The translations under genes and the position numbers were made by a program. This document shows, piece by piece, positions 1 to 8,174 of a stretch of DNA of 22,204 nt. Source of the DNA: a virus (Duplodnaviria > Heunggongvirae > Uroviricota > Caudoviricetes); IMG/VR virus record IMGVR_UViG_2703718843_000003, positions 1-22,204 of that record; one strand, written 5' to 3'. Every line of letters begins with the position of its first letter. Within the stretch, counting starts at the first letter, position 1. Under the pieces are notes generated by a model. The model had not been told where the DNA came from and did not search any database. It saw only the letters and a list, made by a program, of their open reading frames with translations.

Positions 1-6
1 AGCCGC

Positions 7-32
7 TTCTTTCAAACCAACATTTAGTAAAA
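7..32. other. Putative serine-invertase crossover site (hix/gix-like)
   Basis: TTCTTTCAAACCAACATTTAGTAAAA lies about 55 bp upstream of the invertase start. Left half (TTCTTTCAAACC) resembles the remembered hix/gix half-site TTCTTGAAAACC / TTATCCAAAACC; right half is degenerate. Position directly 5' of the invertase gene is the canonical place for the proximal crossover site. Confidence 0.35.
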
Positions 33-86
33 TGCAGTTTTCCCGTCTGGCTGGCATTATTCGGACTTTTGCATAAGGGAAAGCAG

Positions 87-668
87 ATGCACATTGGCTA
101 TGTGCGCGTATCAACAAATGACCAGAACACGGCATTGCAACGTAACGCGCTTGAAAGTGCAGAATGTGAACTGATATTTGAAGATAAGATCAGCGGTAAG
201 ACATCAGACAGACCTGGGCTTAAAAAGGTGCTCAGGACGCTATCGGAAGGCGATACGTTGGTTGTCTGGAAACTGGATCGACTAGGACGTAGTATGCGCC
301 ACCTTGTTGCGTTGGTGGAAGAACTGCGGGAACGTGGTATTAATTTTCGCAGCCTGACAGACAGCATCGACACTTCTACACCGATGGGGCGCTTCTTCTT
401 TCATGTCATGGGTGCGCTGGCAGAAATGGAAAGAGAATTGATCATTGAGCGTACGCGTGCAGGATTAGCCGCTGCACGCGCGCAAGGAAGGATCGGAGGC
501 AGGAGACCAAAACTAACACCAGAACAATGGGCGCAGGCTGGGAGGCTAATAGCGGCAGGTGAAACACGGCAGAGGGTTGCCATAATTTACGATGTTGGAA
601 TATCAACGCTTTATAAAAAATTTCCGGCAACCAAAAGTAAGGACTCCGGCATGCACCGCCAGCTTTAA
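87..668 (+). CDS. Serine DNA invertase (Gin/Hin/Pin/Cin family resolvase-invertase)
   Basis: N-terminus MHIGYVRVSTNDQN with catalytic Ser context, VVWKLDRLGRS motif, C-terminal HTH (GRIGGRRPKLT...STLYKK); near-collinear with remembered Gin/Hin sequences. ATG at 87 preceded by AAGGGAAA; the track start at 69 is a TTG extension. Confidence 0.92.
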   Translation: MHIGYVRVSTNDQNTALQRNALESAECELIFEDKISGKTSDRPGLKKVLRTLSEGDTLVVWKLDRLGRSMRHLVALVEELRERGINFRSLTDSIDTSTPMGRFFFHVMGALAEMERELIIERTRAGLAAARAQGRIGGRRPKLTPEQWAQAGRLIAAGETRQRVAIIYDVGISTLYKKFPATKSKDSGMHRQL

Positions 669-752
669 CCATGCTGACCATGCGTATCGAGTACAGCCAT
701 TTTTAACGGTGCTGTAGCACTGTCAGTTATGGTAGTGTGTGCCGGAAGATGA

Positions 753-779
753 AGCGGGCAAATGCCCGCTTTAGTTTTA
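753..779. terminator. GC hairpin (GCGGGC-AAAT-GCCCGC) followed by TTTAGTTTT; possible bidirectional terminator between invertase and gene U
   Basis: Perfect 6-bp GC stem with 4-nt loop and T-rich tail on + strand; sits between convergent genes. Confidence 0.45.
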
Positions 780-790
780 TGTGGATGTTG

Positions 791-1279
791 TCAGAACAGG
801 CCCGACAGCTTACTACTGGCAGAGTTGTAGGCGGACGTGGCTTTATCCTTCAAGCCAGAAAGTAAATCGCCAACAGACGACGCTTGCAGACGCTCGCGTA
901 AATCTTCATCACAGCGCTGAAAGCTGATCGAAAACTCAATTTTTTTTGCCTTTCCGTAGCGGTCAAATTCCGTATGCGTGGCCTGTAGCCCAGTCAGCAC
1001 ATACATCCCGTAAATCTGCCCTGCACCGCTGATTAAAGGCCACGGACGCCCGGTGTATGCCTGCGTTGCCAGAACGGTAAGAGACACGTCGCCGCCCGTA
1101 ATCTCAGGGTAAAGCACCCCGTCAAGGTTGATCTGCGTTTCACCAGCGCCGATGTACTGCCATTTTGCCGATCGGTTGATGCGATCATTCTTCACATGAC
1201 GCCAGTTCAGCGAGTGGCGTAACTGCTGGTAAGGCAGTGTCTTCAGTTCAAAAACGAACATCCCGTATATCATCATCAT
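791..1279 (-). CDS. U: Phage tail protein gpU (P2 U homolog)
   Basis: 162-aa ORF directly downstream of the tape measure gene on the same strand; SD AGGGGAGG 7 nt upstream of ATG at 1279; sequence (WRHVKNDRINRS..WQYIGAGETQINLDGVLYPEITGG) matches my recollection of P2 gpU. Confidence 0.85.
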   Translation of the reverse strand: MMMIYGMFVFELKTLPYQQLRHSLNWRHVKNDRINRSAKWQYIGAGETQINLDGVLYPEITGGDVSLTVLATQAYTGRPWPLISGAGQIYGMYVLTGLQATHTEFDRYGKAKKIEFSISFQRCDEDLRERLQASSVGDLLSGLKDKATSAYNSASSKLSGLF

Positions 1280-1293
1280 AATGTTGCCTCCCC

Positions 1294-4200
1294 TTAATCT
1301 CTGTCTTTGAAGCTGCCGCGATTGAGTCGCGCAAGGCGGGCCATTTCGGCATTCACTGCGTCGGCGGCAATCCGGCCAATTTCGCGAGCGTCCTGCCGGT
1401 CAACGCCGTGGAGGTGTACGTGGATTTCCCCCGTAAAGCCGCCAGCGGCAACCGATGTATTGCTGGCGCTGCGACTGACTGGTAAAAGTTCAGCCTGTTT
1501 AACGGGAAGCGATGCCGCCACCACTGCGGGGCGTGCGCTTAACCCGTTGTTCCTGACCGTGCTGGCCAGTTGCGATTCCTTCCATTCCCCACGAACGGCC
1601 AGCGCACGCGGCAGGTTTTTAAACACGATATCGCCGGGGCCGATCTTCTTCGTGTTATCGGCTGTCGCTTTAGTGTTGCTGTCGATGCTTTGCAACCTGC
1701 GCATAGTGCCGTTATCGCCGGTCAGCGGTGATGTGGGTTGCGGTGCGCCAGGCGGAACGTTATTCACCTCAACTTTTTTCGGCGTAACCTTCGCGATATC
1801 TCCCTGAAGAAGGGCGACTTTGTCCTGAAGAACAGCCATGCGCTGTGCGTCTTCGATCTTCTTTCTGGCTTTTTCGGCCTCATCTGGCAGAACGCCGAGC
1901 TTTTCAAGGATCCAGGCTAATGTATCCAGCAGCATTTTTGCAGGCGTCAGAACAAGCTGGAGCGCACCACCAAGAACGTTACCGAATACCTCACCGGCGC
2001 TGGCGCACTTATCCAGTGTTTCCTTGCAGGACTCCATCGGGGAAAGCAGAGATTTGAACCAGTTAAAGGCCTGGCTGACAGCGCTGCCTATCGCGTCAAA
2101 GATGGGTCTGAACTGCGAGAAGGTGTCACGTAACGGGGCCAGTCTTTCCATGATGCCGGTGAATACGCCAGCAAAAAATGCTTTAAGAGGCTCCCAGTAA
2201 CGCCAGATAAGCACCCCGGCAGCAATAAACGCCGCCACTATCAGGCCAATCGGACTCAACAGCAGCGACAGCGCTGTACCCAGCATAGACACCGCCGCAG
2301 TGATCATGCTCCATATGGCCGGTAAACCTGTCAGGCGAAGGGCGAGCATACCGAGGTTTTTTGTCAGTGCTCCCAGCGCGGCACCAGGTGTAAGAAATAC
2401 CCCCATGAGTGCGCCGCGCATAGCGGGGATGATGGTTGAAATTCCGCGCATTTTTCCTGCTAACGAGCCGAGAACTGGCCCCCATCCGCGCACGCTTGCC
2501 ATTGCCGGGCCGGAAGCTGTGCCGAGTGTTCGCAGAGCGGCAATCGTTCCGGTTATGCCTCTGCCCCCTGTCAGCAGGGTAAAACTTAACTGAAGTTTAG
2601 CCAGTGGACCCATCAGCAGACCGATCGCCAGCGATGTGCCGCCAATGGCGGCGGTCAGTGCCAGAACGCTACCACCGACAACCAGCAGGGATTGTGCGAG
2701 CTTCGGATTCTCCTTAGCCCACTGCGTCATATTCCCCACAACGTCACTCAGTCCCTGAGTCAGGCCACGAAGCTGATTGTTGACGAGATCGTTAATCTGG
2801 ATGCGGAAGCCTTCCCAGGCGCTGTCCAGATTTTTGAGATCGCCATCAAGGTTATCCGCCATTATTTTGGCGGCTTTCTGCGCCTCACCTTTGGCGTTTT
2901 TCAGTTCACCCAGCAGCTTCTGAAGTTCACCGCTACCGGCTGACATAACCAGAGCCTGGAATGACTTTGACGCCTCTTCACCGGCAATATCTTTGAAGAA
3001 TGAGAGCTTATCGGTATCCCCGTACTTGCTGATCTTTTTATAGAGATCGGTTAGAACCACTTCAGCAGGGCGCATTTTCCCCGTTGCGTCAGCGACTTCT
3101 ACGCCCAATTCTTTAAGCGCGGTTTTTGCCCTGCCGGTTGGTGCGGCAAGGCGTGAAAATGTGGCCTGCAAACCCGTACCGGCGATACTCCCGCGCAGGC
3201 CTACGTTCGCCATCACGCCGATCATGGCCGTGGTCTGTTCGACGCTGACTCCAAGGTTGGAAAGACCTGTCCCGGCGTACTTCATCGCTTCACCGATATT
3301 TTGCAGATCGGTGTTGGTTCTGGTGAACGCGCCAGTTAATACGTCGCTGACGCGATCCATTTCTTTGGGGTCGAGACGGAACTGAGACAGGATGTTTGAG
3401 CTGATATCAGCGCTTTCACCTAAATCCATACCACCGGCCAGCGCCATATTGAGCACACCAGGCAGTGCGGCCTGAATGGCCTGCGGAGTGAAACCGGCCA
3501 TAGCGAGAAATGCCTGCCCACTGGCGGCGTCGGTCGTGGTGAACTGTGTTTCAGCACCCAGCTTTTTGGCCTGGTCACGAAGTGCTGAAAAGTCAACGGA
3601 GCTTTTATCTATGCGGGTCAGCGCCTGCACGCGGGACATTTCCCGATCAAACCCAACGGCGGGGGATAAGAACCGCCCCGCTACGTAACCGGCAGCAGTG
3701 GCCCCGGCAACGGCCATCGTGCCACCGCCGCGAAGTTTACCCGCTGTTTGCTGCATCTGGTCGTAGCGTGCGCGTGCCTGCGTGACAGCGGCAAGCTGTC
3801 GCCGTTCCCGCTCAAGCGTCTGGTTGTACTGTTCGGTTCGACGTATGGCACTCTGAATGGTGCGATCGCTTCCGACAAGTGAAACGCCGTGACTGCGCAG
3901 CGCCTGTGAGGCGGCGCGCAGCTTAACCATTTCCTGTGTGCGTGCAGAGTTAAGGCGCTCCAGCTTTGCGGCCAGCGCTGCCATATGTGCTTTTTGCTTG
4001 TCTGTAAGCTGTGTACCTTCCCGCTGCGCCTGATTCAGCCCTTCAAGCGTCCGGCTGGCGTCGTCAATTTTGCGGGAGGTCTTTTGCACGCTGTCGCGCA
4101 GACGGTTGAATGTGCGGGACTGACTGTCCAGATCTTTAATGCTGGACTGCGTTTTTTTGAGGGATTCAGACAAACCGCCCGCACTCTGGCGGGCGGCATT

Positions 4201-4296
4201 GACCGGGCGGGTAAGTTTATCGATCGCGCTGAACGCGACGCGGATATTAAGGCTTTTCACTGTCACTGGCTCCACTTCGGACAGCCGCCCGCTCAC
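1294..4296 (-). CDS. T: Tail tape measure protein gpT
   Basis: 1000-codon ORF; coiled-coil N-terminal third, Gly/Ala-rich hydrophobic central region, position between E/E' and U. The codon at 4296 is GTG, not ATG; alternative GTG starts at 4266 and 4260 (GGAG 9 nt upstream of the latter), so the 5' end is uncertain. Confidence 0.85.
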   Translation of the reverse strand: MSGRLSEVEPVTVKSLNIRVAFSAIDKLTRPVNAARQSAGGLSESLKKTQSSIKDLDSQSRTFNRLRDSVQKTSRKIDDASRTLEGLNQAQREGTQLTDKQKAHMAALAAKLERLNSARTQEMVKLRAASQALRSHGVSLVGSDRTIQSAIRRTEQYNQTLERERRQLAAVTQARARYDQMQQTAGKLRGGGTMAVAGATAAGYVAGRFLSPAVGFDREMSRVQALTRIDKSSVDFSALRDQAKKLGAETQFTTTDAASGQAFLAMAGFTPQAIQAALPGVLNMALAGGMDLGESADISSNILSQFRLDPKEMDRVSDVLTGAFTRTNTDLQNIGEAMKYAGTGLSNLGVSVEQTTAMIGVMANVGLRGSIAGTGLQATFSRLAAPTGRAKTALKELGVEVADATGKMRPAEVVLTDLYKKISKYGDTDKLSFFKDIAGEEASKSFQALVMSAGSGELQKLLGELKNAKGEAQKAAKIMADNLDGDLKNLDSAWEGFRIQINDLVNNQLRGLTQGLSDVVGNMTQWAKENPKLAQSLLVVGGSVLALTAAIGGTSLAIGLLMGPLAKLQLSFTLLTGGRGITGTIAALRTLGTASGPAMASVRGWGPVLGSLAGKMRGISTIIPAMRGALMGVFLTPGAALGALTKNLGMLALRLTGLPAIWSMITAAVSMLGTALSLLLSPIGLIVAAFIAAGVLIWRYWEPLKAFFAGVFTGIMERLAPLRDTFSQFRPIFDAIGSAVSQAFNWFKSLLSPMESCKETLDKCASAGEVFGNVLGGALQLVLTPAKMLLDTLAWILEKLGVLPDEAEKARKKIEDAQRMAVLQDKVALLQGDIAKVTPKKVEVNNVPPGAPQPTSPLTGDNGTMRRLQSIDSNTKATADNTKKIGPGDIVFKNLPRALAVRGEWKESQLASTVRNNGLSARPAVVAASLPVKQAELLPVSRSASNTSVAAGGFTGEIHVHLHGVDRQDAREIGRIAADAVNAEMARLARLNRGSFKDRD

Positions 4297-4725
4297 GCCA
4301 GGCTATGACTTCGCCCAGTTCCATCGTGAAGACTTCAGAGGGCGGCCAGTTGAAAACAACCGCGATATCAGCGACCAGATCGTCGATCAGGTCGAACCGC
4401 AGGAGTGTTACTGATTCTCCGTCTCCGCCTCGCTCGACGCTCCAGACCCCGCAGGTGTCAAAAAAGGGACGAGCGCTTCAGACAGGCTGACAAAATCGCG
4501 CGTATCCATTTCGTTGATTTCGGTCTGTTTGAGGCGTGGTGACGTGACACGGGTCAGCAGTACCGCCACCGAATCCACATCCATATTCATCACGTTGACC
4601 AGCTTCAGACCGCGCAGGGAGCCAGCCTGTTTGATCTCATCCGTGATCGTTACCTGAGTAATTTTCTCATCGCCGCGAACAACGGGTTTTGCCAGAGTAA
4701 TGGCGTTATCGTTTTTTTTGCTCAT
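4247..4725 (-). CDS. E': gpE+E' fusion made by programmed -1 ribosomal frameshift
   Basis: After a -1 slip at T TTT TTG (+ strand 4459-4465) the reading frame stays open for about 70 codons (DTCGVWSVERGG...WPPSEVFTMELGEVIAWRERAAVRSGASDSEKP) and ends at TAA 4247-4249, overlapping the start of T. Hand-translated from the sequence. Confidence 0.6.
4408..4725 (-). CDS. E: Tail assembly chaperone gpE (zero-frame product)
   Basis: Starts MSKKNDNAITLAKPVV with GGAG 11 nt upstream of ATG at 4725; upstream of T on the same strand as in P2; contains the slippery site near its 3' end. Confidence 0.8.
   Translation of the reverse strand: MSKKNDNAITLAKPVVRGDEKITQVTITDEIKQAGSLRGLKLVNVMNMDVDSVAVLLTRVTSPRLKQTEINEMDTRDFVSLSEALVPFLTPAGSGASSEAETENQ
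4459..4465 (-). other. Slippery heptamer T-TTT-TTG for the E to E' -1 frameshift
   Basis: Minus-strand CCC TTT TTT GAC in the gpE frame; the canonical X XXY YYZ heptamer used by P2-like and lambda-like tail chaperone pairs. Confidence 0.6.
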
Positions 4726-4773
4726 TGTTGAATGCTCCGGGCGGCAAGGCTGTGCCGCCACTTATCAGGTTAA

Positions 4774-5289
4774 TCAGTTACCCATTCCCAGCGCAGACGT
4801 GATGCGGTCAGGGTAGATATTTTTGCCGTCTTTCTTGTAGATGAAGTTCAGAAGATCAAACTCAAACAGCGGCTTATCGTCGATGGTGAGTTTGTAATAA
4901 GTGTTCTTCATCGTGTAGCTGACGGAGGTGTCTTCTCCCTGCTTGCTTTCGCCGCCGTCCATTTCGGTGATGCGGCCGCGCAGTTCGACCTCAACCAGCA
5001 GGCTTTCACCATCGGTGTAATACTCCCCGGCGAAGCGGAAACGGGTTTCGTCGATATCGCCGCAGTAGTTCAGCAGTAACGACTGAACCAGACCGCCAAC
5101 CACCATCGTGGTATCCAGCGCGCCACTGTCCAGACCGAGATCCACCGCAGCGGAGCCAATCATCCCGCCCCCCTGAAAATCTTCAGTTTTACGGGTCAGT
5201 TTTGGCAGCGTCACGGAAGAGACTTTGCCGATGCAGTTGCTGCCGTTCACAAAGCAGGTGAACAGGCGTAGTTTGTGAGGAACCGCCAT
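4774..5289 (-). CDS. FII: Tail tube protein gpFII
   Basis: 171-aa ORF immediately downstream of the sheath gene (FI stop and FII ATG adjacent at 5290/5289); size and position match P2 FII. Confidence 0.9.
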   Translation of the reverse strand: MAVPHKLRLFTCFVNGSNCIGKVSSVTLPKLTRKTEDFQGGGMIGSAAVDLGLDSGALDTTMVVGGLVQSLLLNYCGDIDETRFRFAGEYYTDGESLLVEVELRGRITEMDGGESKQGEDTSVSYTMKNTYYKLTIDDKPLFEFDLLNFIYKKDGKNIYPDRITSALGMGN

Positions 5290-6471
5290 TTATGCACCTC
5301 CCAGGGAAGAAAACGCCGATTCGAAATACTCGTCCGTGAAGGTCTGGTAGAGCGTAAGATCTTCCATTGGCGGAACCGGTGTATATTTATAGCGAATGCG
5401 CACCTGACCCTGACGGAGACCGGTTGTCGGGTTATCCAGGATATCAAACCAGCATTCAGCACCAATCAGCCGCCCCTGCGTCACCAGCGAATTGAGTTTG
5501 CCGCTGATGCCGCTGACCACGTCCTTGACGTTGGCCGGGGTTAGCGGTTCGTCCACTGATTCAAATTGCGCCTCAGCGATACTGTCAGCCAGAATCTGTG
5601 CCGTACGGGTGTAAACCTCAAAAATATAATCTTTGGTGTCCGTAACGCGGTTGCCCCAGAACCGGAAACCATTACGCTTGATGAGCGTCGTGATCTCCTT
5701 GTTGTTGAGTTCGTTCGCGTCGCTGTCTTCGGCCTGAAGCGACCAGAAAACATCCTGCGAAATACCCAGCACGTTGCTTACCGACACATTGGAAAGCGAT
5801 TTGTGCCAGCCCTGATTGTTGTCAATCAGCGCGCGAAGGCCGCAGGCATAGGCCGGGGCCGGGAAGGTTTCGTTCTCTCCGGTCAGCGGGTTGTAGGCGA
5901 TGAAATCAGGCCAGATAAGCATTAGCTCGCGATAGGCGAAGGTCGCACGATATGCGGTAGCTTCAGCCATCGTTTTGCAGCCGTAGCAACTGGCGTAAAC
6001 AAACGCGCGCAAATTCTGAGCAATCACACACAACGCAGAAGTGACTTCTTCCGTGTCGTAGCCCGGCACGGCCAGAATGCGTGGACGATAACCAACCTTC
6101 TGCTCGGCAGTCAGAAACGCGTACATGCCGGTATAGCTGCCGTCTTCTGCCGTGCCACCCATGATGAGCTGCGACTGCGTTTTACCGCCTTCCTCTTCCG
6201 TGGCTGCTGCCACGCGCACAACGATAACCTTCGGACTGGTCTGGTCAGCGATGGCTTTAAGCGTTTTGTACAGGGAGCCGGTTTTACCCGCCTTATCCAG
6301 CACGTTGTTAACCCGCGTCAGCAACACGGGGGTATTCAGGGGAAAGGTTTCCGCATCGGCATCATCCGCCACGGCAACGACCCCAATGACACTTGATTCA
6401 ATGTCATTGATGGCCGTCACCAGGTCGGTATTCTCCCGGACGCGTACACCGTGGAAACGTGTCTCTGACAT
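5290..6471 (-). CDS. FI: Contractile tail sheath protein gpFI
   Basis: Start chosen at ATG 6471 (MSETRFHGVRV...), preceded by GGTGG, matching the remembered P2 FI N-terminus MSDYHHGVQV; conserved C-terminal region (GFRFWGNR...YKYTPVPPMEDLT). The track ORF start at 6516 is an upstream extension. Confidence 0.9.
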   Translation of the reverse strand: MSETRFHGVRVRENTDLVTAINDIESSVIGVVAVADDADAETFPLNTPVLLTRVNNVLDKAGKTGSLYKTLKAIADQTSPKVIVVRVAAATEEEGGKTQSQLIMGGTAEDGSYTGMYAFLTAEQKVGYRPRILAVPGYDTEEVTSALCVIAQNLRAFVYASCYGCKTMAEATAYRATFAYRELMLIWPDFIAYNPLTGENETFPAPAYACGLRALIDNNQGWHKSLSNVSVSNVLGISQDVFWSLQAEDSDANELNNKEITTLIKRNGFRFWGNRVTDTKDYIFEVYTRTAQILADSIAEAQFESVDEPLTPANVKDVVSGISGKLNSLVTQGRLIGAECWFDILDNPTTGLRQGQVRIRYKYTPVPPMEDLTLYQTFTDEYFESAFSSLGGA

Positions 6472-6624
6472 GTTAGCCACCATTACGTTATTGAGTTCGC
6501 AGTGATAATCCCTCATGTTGGAATGTCACTCACGCTATTGCGGGTCTGGCCGGACGGCGACAACAAAAACCGATTTGGTGTCTCCCGCGCGCGTGGGATC
6601 CTTCGCCGGAAGAAGGGGGAAAGC

Positions 6625-7761
6625 ATGGCACTTACAGACCTGACAAAATCACTTAACGACGCCATCAGCACTTATAACGATTCACTGACCGAGGCGGTAA
6701 AAAGTCCGGGATTCAGCATAACGATGGGCGGTAAGGTACGGACGCAGCTTGACGAGCGGATCATGTCGTTGTCACTGACGGACAACCGGGGTTTTGATGC
6801 CGATCAGCTTTCCATTTCTATTGATGACAGTGACGGTATGGTTGCTCTGCCTCCGCGTGGCGCTGAGCTTGCGGTATCAATTGGCTGGCTGGGTGAGCCG
6901 CTGATTTACAAGGGACTGTACACGGTTGATGAGGTATCCCATGAAGGGCCGGGTGATATCATTGGTATTACTGCCCGCAGCGCTGATTTTCGTGAAGAGT
7001 TCAACGTAAAGCGCGAAGTCTCATGGCATGACGTGACCGTTGAGCGCGTTGTGTCGGCCATAGCGCACCGCTACGGTCTGAAAGCGCAGATCAGTGAAAT
7101 GCTCATGGATATTGAGATTGATCACGCTGACCAGACGCAGGAAAGCGATATGTCATTCCTTACCCGCATGGCGGAAATGCTGGGCGCAATTGCCACCGTA
7201 AAGAACGGCAGTCTGCTGTTTATCCTGCCGGGCGGAGGTGTTACCGCTGACGGGAAGGCGCTCCCCTCTGCCAGTATTAACCGGACGAGCGGCGATCGGC
7301 ACCGCTTTCGTATTGCCGATCGGGATGCGTATACCGGCGTCAGGGCTTACTGGCTGGATCTCAATTTTGGCAAAAAGAAAAAGGTCAGTGTTAAGCGCCG
7401 TAAGCCAGCAAAGCCCAAAAAAGAGAAGAGCAGCAGCCGTGAGGGCGATTACATGGAGGGCGCTGACGGTAACGTCTATGTGCTGCGCAAAACCTACCAG
7501 AATGAAGAGGCGGCGAAACGTGCTGCGGCGGCAAAATGGCAACAGCTTCAGCGTGGTGCGGCAGAGTTTTCGATCACCCTGGCGCGTGGCCGCGCTGAGC
7601 TTTACCCCGAAATGCATGTCACGGTTAGCGGTTTTAAGGATGAAATAGACAATCAGGACTGGATTATTGCGCGTGCTGAGCACGTCATAGACGACAGCGG
7701 TTTTACCACCCGGCTGGAGCTGGAAGCAAAAATACCTGACTGGATAGCGGAAACTGAATAA
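6625..7761 (+). CDS. D: Tail protein gpD (late control gene D family)
   Basis: ATG at 6625 with AAGGGGGA SD; sequence (SLTDNRGFDADQL..SWHDVTV..DRHRFRIADRDAYTGV..KWQQLQRGAAEFSI) matches my recollection of P2 gpD including the basic lysine-rich linker. Confidence 0.9.
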   Translation: MALTDLTKSLNDAISTYNDSLTEAVKSPGFSITMGGKVRTQLDERIMSLSLTDNRGFDADQLSISIDDSDGMVALPPRGAELAVSIGWLGEPLIYKGLYTVDEVSHEGPGDIIGITARSADFREEFNVKREVSWHDVTVERVVSAIAHRYGLKAQISEMLMDIEIDHADQTQESDMSFLTRMAEMLGAIATVKNGSLLFILPGGGVTADGKALPSASINRTSGDRHRFRIADRDAYTGVRAYWLDLNFGKKKKVSVKRRKPAKPKKEKSSSREGDYMEGADGNVYVLRKTYQNEEAAKRAAAAKWQQLQRGAAEFSITLARGRAELYPEMHVTVSGFKDEIDNQDWIIARAEHVIDDSGFTTRLELEAKIPDWIAETE

Positions 7762-7800
7762 AATGAAATGGAGTTCAACTCCCACAGGGGAGCCATCATT

Positions 7801-8049
7801 ATGTTCAGATGTCCATTTTGCGGCGCTATGGCCCGCACCCGTACCAGCCGTAAAATAACCGATATGACTATCCGGCAATATCACCAGTGTCAGAATCTGG
7901 AATGTAGCCGGTCATTCACCACGCTAAACAGCGTGGAAAGGGAAGTAACAAAGCGTGCAGGCACTGCACCGTTACCGCCTGACTTTATCCCCCGCGATGC
8001 TTTCCCGGCATCACATTACGGCAGAGACCAGCTTAATCTGGCTCTCTGA
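7801..8049 (+). CDS. ogr: Ogr/Delta-family zinc-finger late transcription activator
   Basis: MFRCPFCGAMARTRTSRKITDMTIRQYHQCQNLECSRSF carries the C-x2-C...C-x4-C finger and closely resembles remembered P2 Ogr; GGGGAG SD 8 nt upstream of ATG 7801; directly follows D as in P2. Confidence 0.85.
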   Translation: MFRCPFCGAMARTRTSRKITDMTIRQYHQCQNLECSRSFTTLNSVEREVTKRAGTAPLPPDFIPRDAFPASHYGRDQLNLAL

Positions 8050-8174
8050 CCACTGTCAAAGTGCCCCCGTAAATCCATTCAGTGCGGGGGCAACTTCAAG
8101 CAAAACGCTTTTTCCAGAGAAAATATCTTTGATAACATCGGTCAGCATATTAATAGCGATGATGGGATAGGGAT

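Noticed and set aside
1307-4308. Multiple 60-166-aa ORFs on the + strand inside the tape measure gene (for example 1307-1807, 1838-2200, 2300-2593, 3985-4308)
   Set aside because: Antisense shadow ORFs within a GC-rich gene that has a clear, long, homolog-supported frame on the other strand; no SD or independent signals.
6561-6585. hix/gix-like half-site CAAAAACCGATTTGG in the FI-D spacer as a possible invertase crossover site explaining the tail-block inversion
   Set aside because: Only one half resembles the invertase consensus and no partner site was found in the invertase-U spacer; too weak to claim invertase-mediated inversion.
741-6612. 9-bp direct repeat GCCGGAAGA present in both inversion junction spacers (741-749 and 6604-6612)
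   Set aside because: Direct rather than inverted orientation, so it does not explain an inversion; short, and one copy is simply the purine-rich SD region of gene D. Likely coincidence.
7153-7884. 243-aa ORF on the - strand overlapping gpD and ogr
   Set aside because: Fully antisense to two well-supported genes; no ribosome-binding site; typical GC-rich shadow frame.
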